This document shows, piece after piece, positions 6,816-15,597 of a stretch of 47,770 nt of DNA (position 1 is its first letter; every line of letters starts with the position of its first letter). The DNA comes from Alphaproteobacteria bacterium (GTDB taxonomy: Bacteria; Pseudomonadota; Alphaproteobacteria; RF32; CAG-239). The stretch covers positions 1 through 47,770 of the forward strand of contig JAFTLF010000001.1 in assembly GCA_017452885.1 (NCBI GenBank), read 5' to 3'. The translations under genes and the position numbers were made by a program. The notes beneath the pieces were generated by a model that did no database searches, was not told the DNA's origin, and was given only the letters and a program-made list of their open reading frames with translations.

Positions 6816-7091
6816 CTATTTCGTGACAAGACCGTATATAACACCGGACAGTTTGTCGTCAACACCTTGTATTTTCATGTAAAGGCCAACAGCAATAGCG
6901 GTAACAAAAACCATAAAGCCAAAAACAGAGATGGCCCAGGCATAAAGAAATGTTTTTGCATCCGAATACATCAAATTGACATTTTTACTATTTGAAATAT
7001 TAGGATTTGAATTTGTGTTGTTAAAATTGCTTTTGTTGTGAGCATTGTTTAACTGTTTAGTGTTTCCACCTTTATTGTCCACGTTTTTCAT
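6816..7091 (-). CDS. Single-pass membrane protein with N-rich disordered N-terminus (91 aa)
   Basis: Asn-rich first 40 aa, then a TM helix WAISVFGFMVFVTAIAVGLY. 20-nt overlap with the upstream gene. Confidence 0.6.
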   Translation of the reverse strand: MKNVDNKGGNTKQLNNAHNKSNFNNTNSNPNISNSKNVNLMYSDAKTFLYAWAISVFGFMVFVTAIAVGLYMKIQGVDDKLSGVIYGLVTK

Positions 7092-7329
7092 TGAAATAAT
7101 CCCTCAGTTTATTGATTGCACTCATAAATATTGTTGTGACTTTGCGTTCGCACTTGTTAACGCGGTCACTTACAGCCGGATTGAATTTATCCTCATAAAC
7201 TCGAAGCAAGAAAACTTTTAATTCGTCTTCGGTCAAATCTACATCCGGAGAAGTGCAAAGCTCGATAATCTTACACTTGCGCATTCCCTTAAATTTGTCG
7301 GTGACATCTCTTGTCTTACTTCGTGCCAT
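7072..7329 (-). CDS. Small HTH protein resembling sigma-70 region 4 / LuxR-type HTH (85 aa)
   Basis: LTEDELKVFLLRVYEDKFNPA-VSDRVNKCERKVTTIFMSAINKLRDYF follows the pattern L..-E..vf.l.y......-ia..l..s..tV......a..KLr. Confidence 0.45.
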   Translation of the reverse strand: MARSKTRDVTDKFKGMRKCKIIELCTSPDVDLTEDELKVFLLRVYEDKFNPAVSDRVNKCERKVTTIFMSAINKLRDYFNEKRGQ

Positions 7330-7384
7330 ATTTTTTACCTTAAAACAAAATTAGCTTATGATAATTTATTTTATTTGTAAATAG

Positions 7385-7564
7385 TTAATATTTGCATGTT
7401 TCATAAGCCTTTTTCCAAATAAGGCGGTGTTTGTTGCATGTGTCAAAGTCTGTTATTTCGTTATCGTCAAGGATAATCTCAGCGCAGCTGTTCTGTATAG
7501 TAGGCTGTTGACTTGCGCACGCACTCAACAGGAATACGCACAAAAAGAGAAGAACAATTTTCAT
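7385..7564 (-). CDS. Outer-membrane lipoprotein, o-spanin candidate (59 aa; below the ORF-track cutoff)
   Basis: Own translation: MKIVLLFLCVFLLSAC|ASQQ... with lipobox LSAC. GAGGT lies 8 nt upstream. Starts inside the 3' end of 7479..7769 in another frame, with an 86-nt overlap. Confidence 0.6.
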   Translation of the reverse strand: MKIVLLFLCVFLLSACASQQPTIQNSCAEIILDDNEITDFDTCNKHRLIWKKAYETCKY

Positions 7565-7769
7565 CTTTTTTAACCTCGCTGTCTTTTTTGTTTATATTTT
7601 CTACCTTGTTTTTTAGCTCTGTGAAGCGCGTTTTTGTTTTTTGCGATAAGTTTATGCTGTTTTGCATAAAAGTCGCCTGTGTGGCGTTTTTTCCGGCTCT
7701 ATATCCCCCGTAATATGCGGCCACACAAGCAGCAATCAACAAACAAATAAGAAGTAATACCTCTTTCAT
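7479..7769 (-). CDS. Type-II membrane coiled-coil protein, i-spanin candidate (96 aa)
   Basis: N-terminal TM helix (LLLICLLIAACVAAYYGG) followed by a helical periplasmic part. Overlapped by the lipoprotein ORF, as in P2 LysB/LysC-type spanins. Confidence 0.5.
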   Translation of the reverse strand: MKEVLLLICLLIAACVAAYYGGYRAGKNATQATFMQNSINLSQKTKTRFTELKNKVENINKKDSEVKKDENCSSLFVRIPVECVRKSTAYYTEQLR

Positions 7770-8224
7770 TATTTTTCAAGCTCACTTACATTGTCATTTA
7801 CAATGTCAACCGGTGACAACTTGTCAACTACTTGATCGGTAGGTTGATCAGTTACTTGATCACTTTCCGGATAAGGATTTTCTTCTTTAATTTTAGCAAC
7901 TATTTCTGCCCTCTTAATTTTAAGAGCTTCAATCTCTGCTATTATTTCTTCTGTTTGCTCCTCATCCCTTAAAGATTGTATTTGACAAGTTATTGGATCT
8001 TTTTTGGCTCGATAAAGAGCTTCACGAGTTTGACGAACTTCTTCTTTAGTTGGCTCTGGTTTCTCCGGTGCATAACCCTTGGCATAAGTAGTACCATCAT
8101 ACCCTTGCTCAACTTCGCCCCTATACTCAACAACACCATATTTACCACTTGCTAAACGCTGTCTATTAATATCTGTATCTGCCCAAATATTAACAATTTT
8201 TGTCTGTTCATTTATTACATACAT
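7769..8224 (-). CDS. Hypothetical protein downstream of tail fibre (151 aa; possible fibre chaperone/accessory)
   Basis: Position only. N-terminal MYVINEQTKIVNIW and an acidic coiled-coil C-terminus. Confidence 0.45.
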   Translation of the reverse strand: MYVINEQTKIVNIWADTDINRQRLASGKYGVVEYRGEVEQGYDGTTYAKGYAPEKPEPTKEEVRQTREALYRAKKDPITCQIQSLRDEEQTEEIIAEIEALKIKRAEIVAKIKEENPYPESDQVTDQPTDQVVDKLSPVDIVNDNVSELEK

Positions 8225-8225
8225 A

Positions 8226-9890
8226 TTAAACTTCTCCTATCAATGGAAAAACAAAAACATTCCAAGTTCCACCTGCACCTATACCTGTTAGAGTAACACC
8301 TTTACGAACATATACAGGAATTTGTGTATAGTTGTTTCCGTTAGTTCCACAAAGCATTTCGGCATCACCATCGGATAACCGCCAATGACAATATCCCGCC
8401 GATAAGAAACGAACTACAAACACGCAATCAAATTCTGTTGTATAAGTTCCTTGTCCTGTGTTTGAGTTTTTAACTTGAATCCCCGCTGTATAATCAGGCA
8501 TACCCCAACCAACAACGGTTGCTCTGTCAGCCGCAGATGATTTTCTTACACTATCAGCAACGGTGGTTAATACTTGACTAGCGGCAATAACATTAGCATC
8601 TTGGATTGTTTCGCCTACATAGAAGTAAAGCTTTAAGCCAGATGAGGATGTTTCTATACCTGATTTTTCTGGGTCTGTGGTTATGCCAAACTGGTTGCCA
8701 ATATTAATGTTTTTGTCAAAGCCAGCATTAATCCCAGTAGCTCTTCCACCACTAGCATTGTTAGCAAAAAAGTGTCCAAGCTTTTGAAGTCCAGTTTCAC
8801 CATCATTTGATATATTCAGTCCCAAATCCATACCATTACCAGCCACTTTGTTACTACTTGCAAGAGCTACTTTGACAGGCAATCTGAATGTCGTGTCTGC
8901 TGTATTGATAACAAAGTCAGTATCGGTATATTCTTCTGTACTTAGCTTAACACTTACACCGTCTTTGGTTTCTGTTCCGTTGTGTATCTTTAGCAATAGC
9001 TCGTAAACTGCCTTGTATGTCGCACCACTATGGAAAGCACCGTTTGAGATTAACCAAGAGGCATTGCTTATCTCATATTCAGACCATTTGTAGTCAAGCA
9101 AAGAGAACGGATTGTTCAACTCAATCTCACGAGTTACATCTACACTTTCCTCAACACCTGTTGCTACTTGGATGAAGTATGGGTATTGGATAGCTTCTTG
9201 TTGAACAGGAGCATTGTCTTGATAGGTTGGATATTTAGCTCCGACATTTATTTGCTGAACTCCATCTGATGATGTTGTTCCGCTAAATGATGTACCAGTT
9301 CCGGAAACAGAGTTATTCCAAGCTAAATCTGATTGCATAGATTGATATTGCAAACTAGTGTTAATCATAATATTCGGCAAGCTCTCAGCTTTAATACTTC
9401 CCATCAATGTTAAATCAGCCAAACCCTGTACATTAACAACCTTAGGCAAACGAATTGTACCTAATTCATCATCAATAACAAACTTACCGCATTGACCTAG
9501 CTTAGAATTAGTAACCTCTGCTTGCCAGTTTGTTTCAGAAGTAACTAAACTTGGATATAAAGCGGCTCTTTCCTTTATCATTTTTGTAAAAGCCTCAAAC
9601 TGGCTTTGTGAGATTACTTGACCGTTTAGATAACGTCTTTCGTTTAAGGTTTCATTAATGCCAAAAGCGGCAAAACCGATATCGCCTATCTCAAGACCAC
9701 CGCCTTTTTTGGTTAATTCTTCCTCGATTTTATTTAAGTTTGCTGCATTAACAGGAGTTCCTTGTTCGTAAATCTCTCCTGGTGCATCAAACAATGTTAC
9801 CGTTCCGTCCTCATTTTCCCTGACGGAATATGTGCGAGGGTTTTGAACGTCGCGGTCTTTCCAAACTGTAGGTGTATAAACCATTTTCAC
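8226..9890 (-). CDS. Tail fibre / receptor-binding protein (554 aa)
   Basis: Largest distal-tail ORF. The N-terminus (YTPTVWKD..GTPVNAANLNKIEEEL) matches the conserved fibre N-terminal motif GTP.sA.nLN.iE. The remainder is G/S/T/N-rich. Confidence 0.75.
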   Translation of the reverse strand: MKMVYTPTVWKDRDVQNPRTYSVRENEDGTVTLFDAPGEIYEQGTPVNAANLNKIEEELTKKGGGLEIGDIGFAAFGINETLNERRYLNGQVISQSQFEAFTKMIKERAALYPSLVTSETNWQAEVTNSKLGQCGKFVIDDELGTIRLPKVVNVQGLADLTLMGSIKAESLPNIMINTSLQYQSMQSDLAWNNSVSGTGTSFSGTTSSDGVQQINVGAKYPTYQDNAPVQQEAIQYPYFIQVATGVEESVDVTREIELNNPFSLLDYKWSEYEISNASWLISNGAFHSGATYKAVYELLLKIHNGTETKDGVSVKLSTEEYTDTDFVINTADTTFRLPVKVALASSNKVAGNGMDLGLNISNDGETGLQKLGHFFANNASGGRATGINAGFDKNINIGNQFGITTDPEKSGIETSSSGLKLYFYVGETIQDANVIAASQVLTTVADSVRKSSAADRATVVGWGMPDYTAGIQVKNSNTGQGTYTTEFDCVFVVRFLSAGYCHWRLSDGDAEMLCGTNGNNYTQIPVYVRKGVTLTGIGAGGTWNVFVFPLIGEV

Positions 9891-9902
9891 ATTACTCCTT
9901 TA

Positions 9903-10232
9903 CTAACTTAAAGATTTTGTTACATAGTTCGTGTAAACATCGATTTCATAAAGGTAAGTAACCTCTTGAATGTTATATTGTAGGTTTATTTGGTCTTTAA
10001 CAAGCAAAACATCGTTGCTGTCATAAACCTCGATGCCGTTTAGAACATCATCCAAAGAAAGACCGGCAACTTTGATGTAAATCTGTATTTTATTACCGTC
10101 AAGAACATCTATTTTCTCTACGGTCGTGTCTCTTGAAACATCATTTACAATCATTTTAACATGGTCAATCTGACTTCTGATAAAATCAGTTGTTCTTTCG
10201 ATTAATTCAGTTGAAAAAATACTCACACTCAT
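9903..10232 (-). CDS. Hypothetical baseplate/fibre-associated protein (109 aa)
   Basis: Sits between the XkdU-like gene and the fibre gene, with a 4-nt overlap upstream. Confidence 0.5.
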   Translation of the reverse strand: MSVSIFSTELIERTTDFIRSQIDHVKMIVNDVSRDTTVEKIDVLDGNKIQIYIKVAGLSLDDVLNGIEVYDSNDVLLVKDQINLQYNIQEVTYLYEIDVYTNYVTKSLS

Positions 10233-10759
10233 AGCGGTTCTTCTCCTGTTCTAAATGTTCCGCAACGTAAAACTCTGTTACTAATGATATAAGCCATTCC
10301 TCTGATTGTCAACTTTAGACTACCGGTAAGCAAGCTCAAGAAATAATGCAAGTGCGCCGGCTTGGCAATTTCCAAAGCCTCTCGCAACATTCCGATTTGT
10401 TTATCGTCTTCTAACAAAATATTAAATTCATAGTTTGGATAATCCCAATAAACTCTGAATTTGTTTGACTTGTAGTTTCTTTGGATTAGCGCGTTTAATC
10501 TTTCTTCTGTAAAGGTGGCCCGGATGTTTTTCTTGTTAAAAACAGCCATAACTCTGTCCTCTAACGGTTTTGAAATATCCGGAACGATGCCCAAATCTCG
10601 CTCGAACCTCTCAATAACGGAAGTTGTTGAAACATGGACATCGGACTTCATTTCTTCAAGTCTTTTGTTTATCCGGTCAATTTCCGGCTGTATTGCATCA
10701 ATCAAATCTTTGATTTGTCTAATGCTATAACAAAAGTGAGGTATATCGTTCTTAAGCAT
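10229..10759 (-). CDS. XkdU / gpI-like baseplate protein (176 aa)
   Basis: Synteny: immediately after the baseplate-J-like gene. Size fits. Confidence 0.5.
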   Translation of the reverse strand: MLKNDIPHFCYSIRQIKDLIDAIQPEIDRINKRLEEMKSDVHVSTTSVIERFERDLGIVPDISKPLEDRVMAVFNKKNIRATFTEERLNALIQRNYKSNKFRVYWDYPNYEFNILLEDDKQIGMLREALEIAKPAHLHYFLSLLTGSLKLTIRGMAYIISNRVLRCGTFRTGEEPL

Positions 10760-11783
10760 TGATTGTTACCGTTCCTTTCCGAGCGATTTGTTTTTCGGTC
10801 AAGCTGATTGATTGATTACTTCCGTTCATGGTGTAGCTCAAAACATCATTAACCCCTGTGCAATCAAACAGCAAATCGGACATTCTCAAATAAGAGACGG
10901 TGTCCGTTGTTGTATCAAGATAAGCATCGAGCTTTTCTTCAAACTGCGTTTTTACAGCCTGTGCAGAACTTTCCGAGCTTATGTTTAATGTGGCCACAAT
11001 ATTAATATCAATGTATTCAACGCTCATAACGGTCGGTGTTGAGCCGATCGGCTTTTTAGCTAAAATATTGTCCGTTACTTTTTGCAAAAGCTCGTCAGAT
11101 GGATTTTGTTTTGTCGGTGTGGATATGTGAATACCAACAGTGCCGTTGCCAAATTCCAATGGAACGACTAAAGCCTTGTCAACACCGGGTATTTCTTCGG
11201 CCCACTCTTTATAATGCGCAGCATTGCCGGAGCTTCCCTCACTTCTGATTTTTGCCAAAATGCGCGGTCTATATGAATCGTCGTCTTCACGATCAACACC
11301 GTCATAACCGGCTTCTTTTGAAACAGCGGAGTTTAATCCGTAAACCGGACTGACAAAAACAAACTCTACACCTTGCGGAATATTACCAACAATGCCGCCG
11401 GTTTTACACTCAAACAACACGTCAACACTTCCGCTTTCCGGTATAATTGCGTTTTGAATACTCTTGAAAATCAAGTCCGCATATTCAATCTGAACATTTG
11501 TTTCAACCGCAATTCCCGGTGTTCCGGTAATCGTAACGAGAACCTTTGCCGGCTGTTCTAATTTGCGATAAACATCATTGTCTTCGCCCACTCTATCTAA
11601 ATCATCGCCGTATGCGGTCAAGGCAAAAGCGCGGTCTAACAAAGTGTTAACTTTCAATTCAATGGTGTTGTCCAACTCATAAGCAACAGAGCCAAGTATA
11701 TCTTGGCCAAATGTCCCCTCTGTTTGGTTTTCCGGCAAAGTCAACCGGCTGTTCATACTTTTTAAGATATCTTCCTGGCTCAT
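10752..11783 (-). CDS. Baseplate J-like protein (XkdT / gp47-like, 343 aa)
   Basis: LDRVGEDNDVYRKLEQPAKVLVTITGTPGIAVETN fits the Baseplate_J N-terminal pattern (R..a..A.g.v.ftg..g..i). Synteny supports the call. Confidence 0.7.
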   Translation of the reverse strand: MSQEDILKSMNSRLTLPENQTEGTFGQDILGSVAYELDNTIELKVNTLLDRAFALTAYGDDLDRVGEDNDVYRKLEQPAKVLVTITGTPGIAVETNVQIEYADLIFKSIQNAIIPESGSVDVLFECKTGGIVGNIPQGVEFVFVSPVYGLNSAVSKEAGYDGVDREDDDSYRPRILAKIRSEGSSGNAAHYKEWAEEIPGVDKALVVPLEFGNGTVGIHISTPTKQNPSDELLQKVTDNILAKKPIGSTPTVMSVEYIDINIVATLNISSESSAQAVKTQFEEKLDAYLDTTTDTVSYLRMSDLLFDCTGVNDVLSYTMNGSNQSISLTEKQIARKGTVTINA

Positions 11784-12230
11784 TTATGCAATCTCCAATT
11801 CGTTAGTGGTTTTTCCGTAGATGGTTATCGCATCAAAATTAATGCTTGTGCGACTTCCGCTTTGCTCAAAAACAAAATTGTTACATTCTTTGATGTAAGG
11901 ATTAACAAGCAAAGCCTCTGATATTATGCGTTTTAGCTCACTTCTTTTGACTTCGTTTTCGGTGTAACGAGCCAATAAAGTATTGATTTCGTTGCCATAG
12001 TTTTGGCTATATGCGTTATAAGCAAAACGCTCTGTGTGTGGGTTGAGAGCTTTCCAAATCCAAACCTTGAGAGCTTCGTTTTTCTCAACCAAATAAGGAC
12101 GGCCGTTTTTCAACAGCAGTTCTCTTTTTTCAAAATCAAAAGCATATTCTTTGAAAACAGGCAAGTCCTCGCTAACTTCGGGAATTACCTGTTCCGTCAA
12201 ATCATCAGGTATAAAAGGGAAATCTGTCAT
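11784..12230 (-). CDS. gp25/gpW-like (XkdS-like) baseplate wedge protein (148 aa)
   Basis: Size and position directly upstream of baseplate J. Confidence 0.5.
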   Translation of the reverse strand: MTDFPFIPDDLTEQVIPEVSEDLPVFKEYAFDFEKRELLLKNGRPYLVEKNEALKVWIWKALNPHTERFAYNAYSQNYGNEINTLLARYTENEVKRSELKRIISEALLVNPYIKECNNFVFEQSGSRTSINFDAITIYGKTTNELEIA

Positions 12231-12700
12231 TGTTGCTCTACCTCAAATTTTGCTTGTTGAACTTTTTGTAAAACGATAAATTTATTTTTACCGATTTTTT
12301 GCACCGCAACAATATCGCCGACATGCAATATATAACGATTGTGCCATGCTTTGAAATAATTGTAAAACTCTTTTATGAAGTCCGGTATCGTTCCGCTGAT
12401 TGTGGCTTGATAATCGGCGTGCGGAGTGTTTAACGAAATCCAAGGTTGTGGATTAAATCCTTTTAGGTTCTGAATACCGGCCATTGCATCATCAACCGGA
12501 AGATTGATGTTTTCGTCAAGCATTAAACCATTTACAAAGATGATGTCTTTATCAACACTAAAAGGAACGCCATTATAAACAATTGTAAACGGTTTTAAGT
12601 TTGTAACGGTCGCCAATCGAACATGCGCTTCTTTATTTTCGCTGTTTATGCGTTTAATCATTTCGGCCAAAGCCGATGCCCATTGATCACCTTGCTTCAT
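12227..12700 (-). CDS. XkdR-like baseplate/spike-associated protein (157 aa)
   Basis: Synteny within an Xkd-type order. 4-nt overlap. Confidence 0.45.
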   Translation of the reverse strand: MKQGDQWASALAEMIKRINSENKEAHVRLATVTNLKPFTIVYNGVPFSVDKDIIFVNGLMLDENINLPVDDAMAGIQNLKGFNPQPWISLNTPHADYQATISGTIPDFIKEFYNYFKAWHNRYILHVGDIVAVQKIGKNKFIVLQKVQQAKFEVEQQ

Positions 12701-13592
12701 ATTGTAACCCCAAATTCATAATATGTTTGCCATCTTCCCAGGTGTGGCTGTCGGTTATAATAAAGAAATTACCAACAAAACCGCTCCGAGGTTCTGTAAC
12801 TGCAACCGTATTTCCGGTGATGCATTTTGTATTGCCTATGCAATTGCGCAATTCTGCGGTGTAATCAATACCATGCAGTTCTTTTTCGTTAAGGTCGTCT
12901 TCTTCGGTGTCTTTTTCTCTTTCCACCTCTTGAAATAATCCATACCTGGCAATATCAAGTGCATTTTGCCTTGTTTCAACAACTTCGCCGTCAACATCAC
13001 TAACAACAATGCGGTTAACCATTTTTTCTATGCTTTCGCCAAATGCACTCTCGCCAATGTTCGTGAAGTTGCTTAAGTTGTGAACCGGAGCTCCGCCCGG
13101 TCTATCCAAAACGACATTTACACCATTTTTTACGCGGATATTAAAGACTTCATCCGTTCCGATAGCCTTTTTAATGGCTTTGGCCATAACATCGTAATAA
13201 GTGTAATCGCCGGTCGTGATTATTTCTTGTAATCCCAAGCCGGCCGATATTGTGCTAATCAAGTTAAATTGTGAGCAAATGCGAGAACATATCATTCCGG
13301 CAGTTCCCTCAAATCTTCCGACCGCCTTGCTGCGTAATAAATTATTCAAAAGGTCGTAACAAACGACAGAAAATGTCCTGGCTGTTGAGTTGTAGTCGCA
13401 GTTATAAACCTGGCCAACAAACAAAATAGAACCGTCATCGTCAAAAAGAGTTACTTTGTCACCGGCATGACATGATTTTTCAACCGCCAAATAATCAAAG
13501 GTTAAAGTCCTGGCGGCTTGTTTGTAGTCGCCGGACCAGTTTATATTTGTTTTTGTGACAATTTCGGTCAGATTGCAGAGTATTTTTACCAT
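12687..13592 (-). CDS. XkdQ / gpD-like baseplate hub protein (301 aa)
   Basis: Synteny (after the LysM protein, before the wedge genes) and size. Confidence 0.5.
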   Translation of the reverse strand: MVKILCNLTEIVTKTNINWSGDYKQAARTLTFDYLAVEKSCHAGDKVTLFDDDGSILFVGQVYNCDYNSTARTFSVVCYDLLNNLLRSKAVGRFEGTAGMICSRICSQFNLISTISAGLGLQEIITTGDYTYYDVMAKAIKKAIGTDEVFNIRVKNGVNVVLDRPGGAPVHNLSNFTNIGESAFGESIEKMVNRIVVSDVDGEVVETRQNALDIARYGLFQEVEREKDTEEDDLNEKELHGIDYTAELRNCIGNTKCITGNTVAVTEPRSGFVGNFFIITDSHTWEDGKHIMNLGLQYEAR

Positions 13593-14263
13593 TTCAGGTT
13601 GATCTCCTTACCAACGATTGAAGCTGTGCCATCTAAAATACCGTTATTTTTGGCCAAGGAACGCCAATTGCCACCCGAGCCGGTAAATCTCTTTGAAATT
13701 GAGTAAAGGTCGTCTGCAGCGCGCGCGTAGGTGCTGTTTGGTATGGCTCTTAATACAGTTCTTTGCAAAAGTCCGTTTGACAATATGCCTTTGCCGATAT
13801 TTGAGAATAATTCCTGTTCCGGATCGCGATATTCAATAAACTCAAGTGTGTAATGCACAGTTTCGTTGTTTTCTGCTATTGTAGGCTCAAAGCGGACAAT
13901 CTGCATCAACTCGTTGTAATAATCCGAAACAATAACGCGGATTTTGTCTTTGTTGGTCGTCCATCTGTTGAGCTTATCAATTGTGTCCTTTTGTGAAAAC
14001 GCAATCGAGAAAATGTCGCTCAATATGTTTGAAAAGAAAGTCGGCAGTAAATTCAAAAAGCTGTTATCCGATGGAAACAGGTTTGAAAAGAGAGCGCGCT
14101 TGCAGTTTCTTCCGCCAAGTCTGACAATTTCGCCATAATCAATGATGTTATAGCTTTGAGTGTTAATATCTGTCGGCAAAGAAACATTTGCAGGGTTTAT
14201 CGGCAAGCTCAAACTTTCGCCGGAGCTTTGATTGTAAAATTGTATTTGAAGTCTTTTTGCCAT
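13586..14263 (-). CDS. XkdP-like tail protein with C-terminal LysM-like domain (225 aa)
   Basis: C-terminus YARAADDLYSISKRFTGSGGNWRSLAKNNGILDGTASIVGKEINL resembles a LysM motif. Lies directly after the tape measure. Confidence 0.55.
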   Translation of the reverse strand: MAKRLQIQFYNQSSGESLSLPINPANVSLPTDINTQSYNIIDYGEIVRLGGRNCKRALFSNLFPSDNSFLNLLPTFFSNILSDIFSIAFSQKDTIDKLNRWTTNKDKIRVIVSDYYNELMQIVRFEPTIAENNETVHYTLEFIEYRDPEQELFSNIGKGILSNGLLQRTVLRAIPNSTYARAADDLYSISKRFTGSGGNWRSLAKNNGILDGTASIVGKEINLKW

Positions 14264-14271
14264 TTTACCAC

Positions 14272-15597
14272 CTATTTAATTGGAGTATAATTGCCCATAT
14301 TATTTGAGGCAAGAGTGAGTTTTTTAACAATTGTCTGACCGATTCTGTCAATGTCGGCTTCCTCGCGGACCGTTCCAGAAACATTGAAAGTATTTGTCAT
14401 TGAATTGTTTGTCGTTTGCGGTATCGGTGTATATTGCGCCGATGTGATATTTCTAACTTGTCTGTTTTGTTGTTGTGGAAGTGCCTCGGTGTTTCCGGTC
14501 ATTGCGTTCCAAAAAGCGCCAATCTTACCGGTAACGCCGCGTGCGTTTGATATTCTATCCCAGTATGCAACAATTCGGCCAAATGCCTCGCCTATCATTT
14601 TGGCCCATTTATAAAGCATTACAAATCCGGTCACAATTGCCATTATCGTAAATACCAAAGGATGTGCGGAAATCGCCGTCATGGCGGTAACAACAGAACC
14701 TAAAGCAATAATTAACGGTGGAATTGCCGCTACAAACAAGCCAATAACAACGATAATTCTTTGAGTTCCTTTGTCTAACTGTTGGAATTTCACAAGCCAA
14801 GAGTTAATGATTTGTAAGGCCTTTGTTACATAAGGGATTAAAATTTGCCCTAACTGGTTGCCAATCTGCTTAAGGTTTTCTGTAAGCATCCTCATTTGGT
14901 TGGCTGTGTTCATGTTAGTGCGTGCAAAATCGCCCTGGGCATTAGTTGTTCTCGCCAAAACATAACGATAACGGAGCATGATTTTTTCTTGCTCTTTCAT
15001 GCGACTTATGCTTTTTCTAATGCCCTGGGAGCGTGCAAACTCCTGCAAGTTAACCTCGGTCATTACAACACCGAGATTTTTAAGGCTTTCAGTCTCACCA
15101 GTGAATATTGATTTTAATGCCGTTTTTGCGACATCGTTACTTATGTTCTTAAATGATGCAAGGTCTGCACCTAATTGGGTTAACTCCATTGCCATTTTGG
15201 CCGCCTCTTTTCGGCTCATTCCCATACCGGTGGCCATATCGCCAAACAAAGCCGCGCTATCAAGAGCGGATTGAGAAGCTAACCCCATTTGTGTAATTGA
15301 AGTTCGCGACCATCTTTTGACCGCCTCTGCTTCCTCGCCAAATGTGACCTCTGTTTTACCTAATGTTTCGGTCATGTCGGAAGCAAATTTAACCGCCGCA
15401 GTTCCTGCAGCAACAAGGGGAGCTGTAATACGCAAAGACAAAGACTTTCCTATGTCTTTCATCTTATTACCAAGGTTAGTCATGCGTTTTTGCAGACTTT
15501 CTGTTGCGCTATTAACTTTTTGGGTTCTTTTCAAAATATCTTCAAGCGATGCCGAAACACCGTCTTGAAGTATAATTATATCCTTAAAAGTTGCCAT
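14272..15597 (-). CDS. Tail tape measure protein (441 aa)
   Basis: Helical N-terminus, then a central hydrophobic block (IIVVIGLFVAAIPPLIIALGSVVTAMTAI...). Lies directly after the frameshifted chaperone pair. Confidence 0.8.
   Translation of the reverse strand: MATFKDIIILQDGVSASLEDILKRTQKVNSATESLQKRMTNLGNKMKDIGKSLSLRITAPLVAAGTAAVKFASDMTETLGKTEVTFGEEAEAVKRWSRTSITQMGLASQSALDSAALFGDMATGMGMSRKEAAKMAMELTQLGADLASFKNISNDVAKTALKSIFTGETESLKNLGVVMTEVNLQEFARSQGIRKSISRMKEQEKIMLRYRYVLARTTNAQGDFARTNMNTANQMRMLTENLKQIGNQLGQILIPYVTKALQIINSWLVKFQQLDKGTQRIIVVIGLFVAAIPPLIIALGSVVTAMTAISAHPLVFTIMAIVTGFVMLYKWAKMIGEAFGRIVAYWDRISNARGVTGKIGAFWNAMTGNTEALPQQQNRQVRNITSAQYTPIPQTTNNSMTNTFNVSGTVREEADIDRIGQTIVKKLTLASNNMGNYTPIK

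Larger units (their letters stand above)
1..10031. repeat. Left copy of an exact 10,031-bp direct repeat (equals 37740..47770, constant offset 37,739 bp)
   Basis: Every tracked ORF between 121 and 9890 recurs with an identical translation at +37739 on both strands. Nucleotide lines compared by eye (1-120 vs 37740-37859, 7381-7564 vs 45120-45303, 10022-10031 vs 47761-47770) are identical. Confidence 0.95.

Noticed and set aside
8226-9890. Possible diversity-generating retroelement targeting the tail-fibre C-terminus
   Set aside because: No reverse transcriptase ORF is present, and I saw no template/variable repeat pair near the fibre gene.
14351-15568. Plus-strand ORFs (14351..14614, 14896..15111, 14978..15274, 15317..15568) inside the tape-measure gene. 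Similar antisense ORFs occur in scaffold/MuF (20354..21835), the methyltransferase (25649..26135), the helicase (30829..31565), RecT (33652..34386 minus) and the Rad50-like gene (34690..35745 minus).
   Set aside because: All are embedded antisense or out of frame within long ORFs that have recognisable motifs or synteny. They lack RBSs and have skewed, low-complexity translations, so they are treated as spurious.
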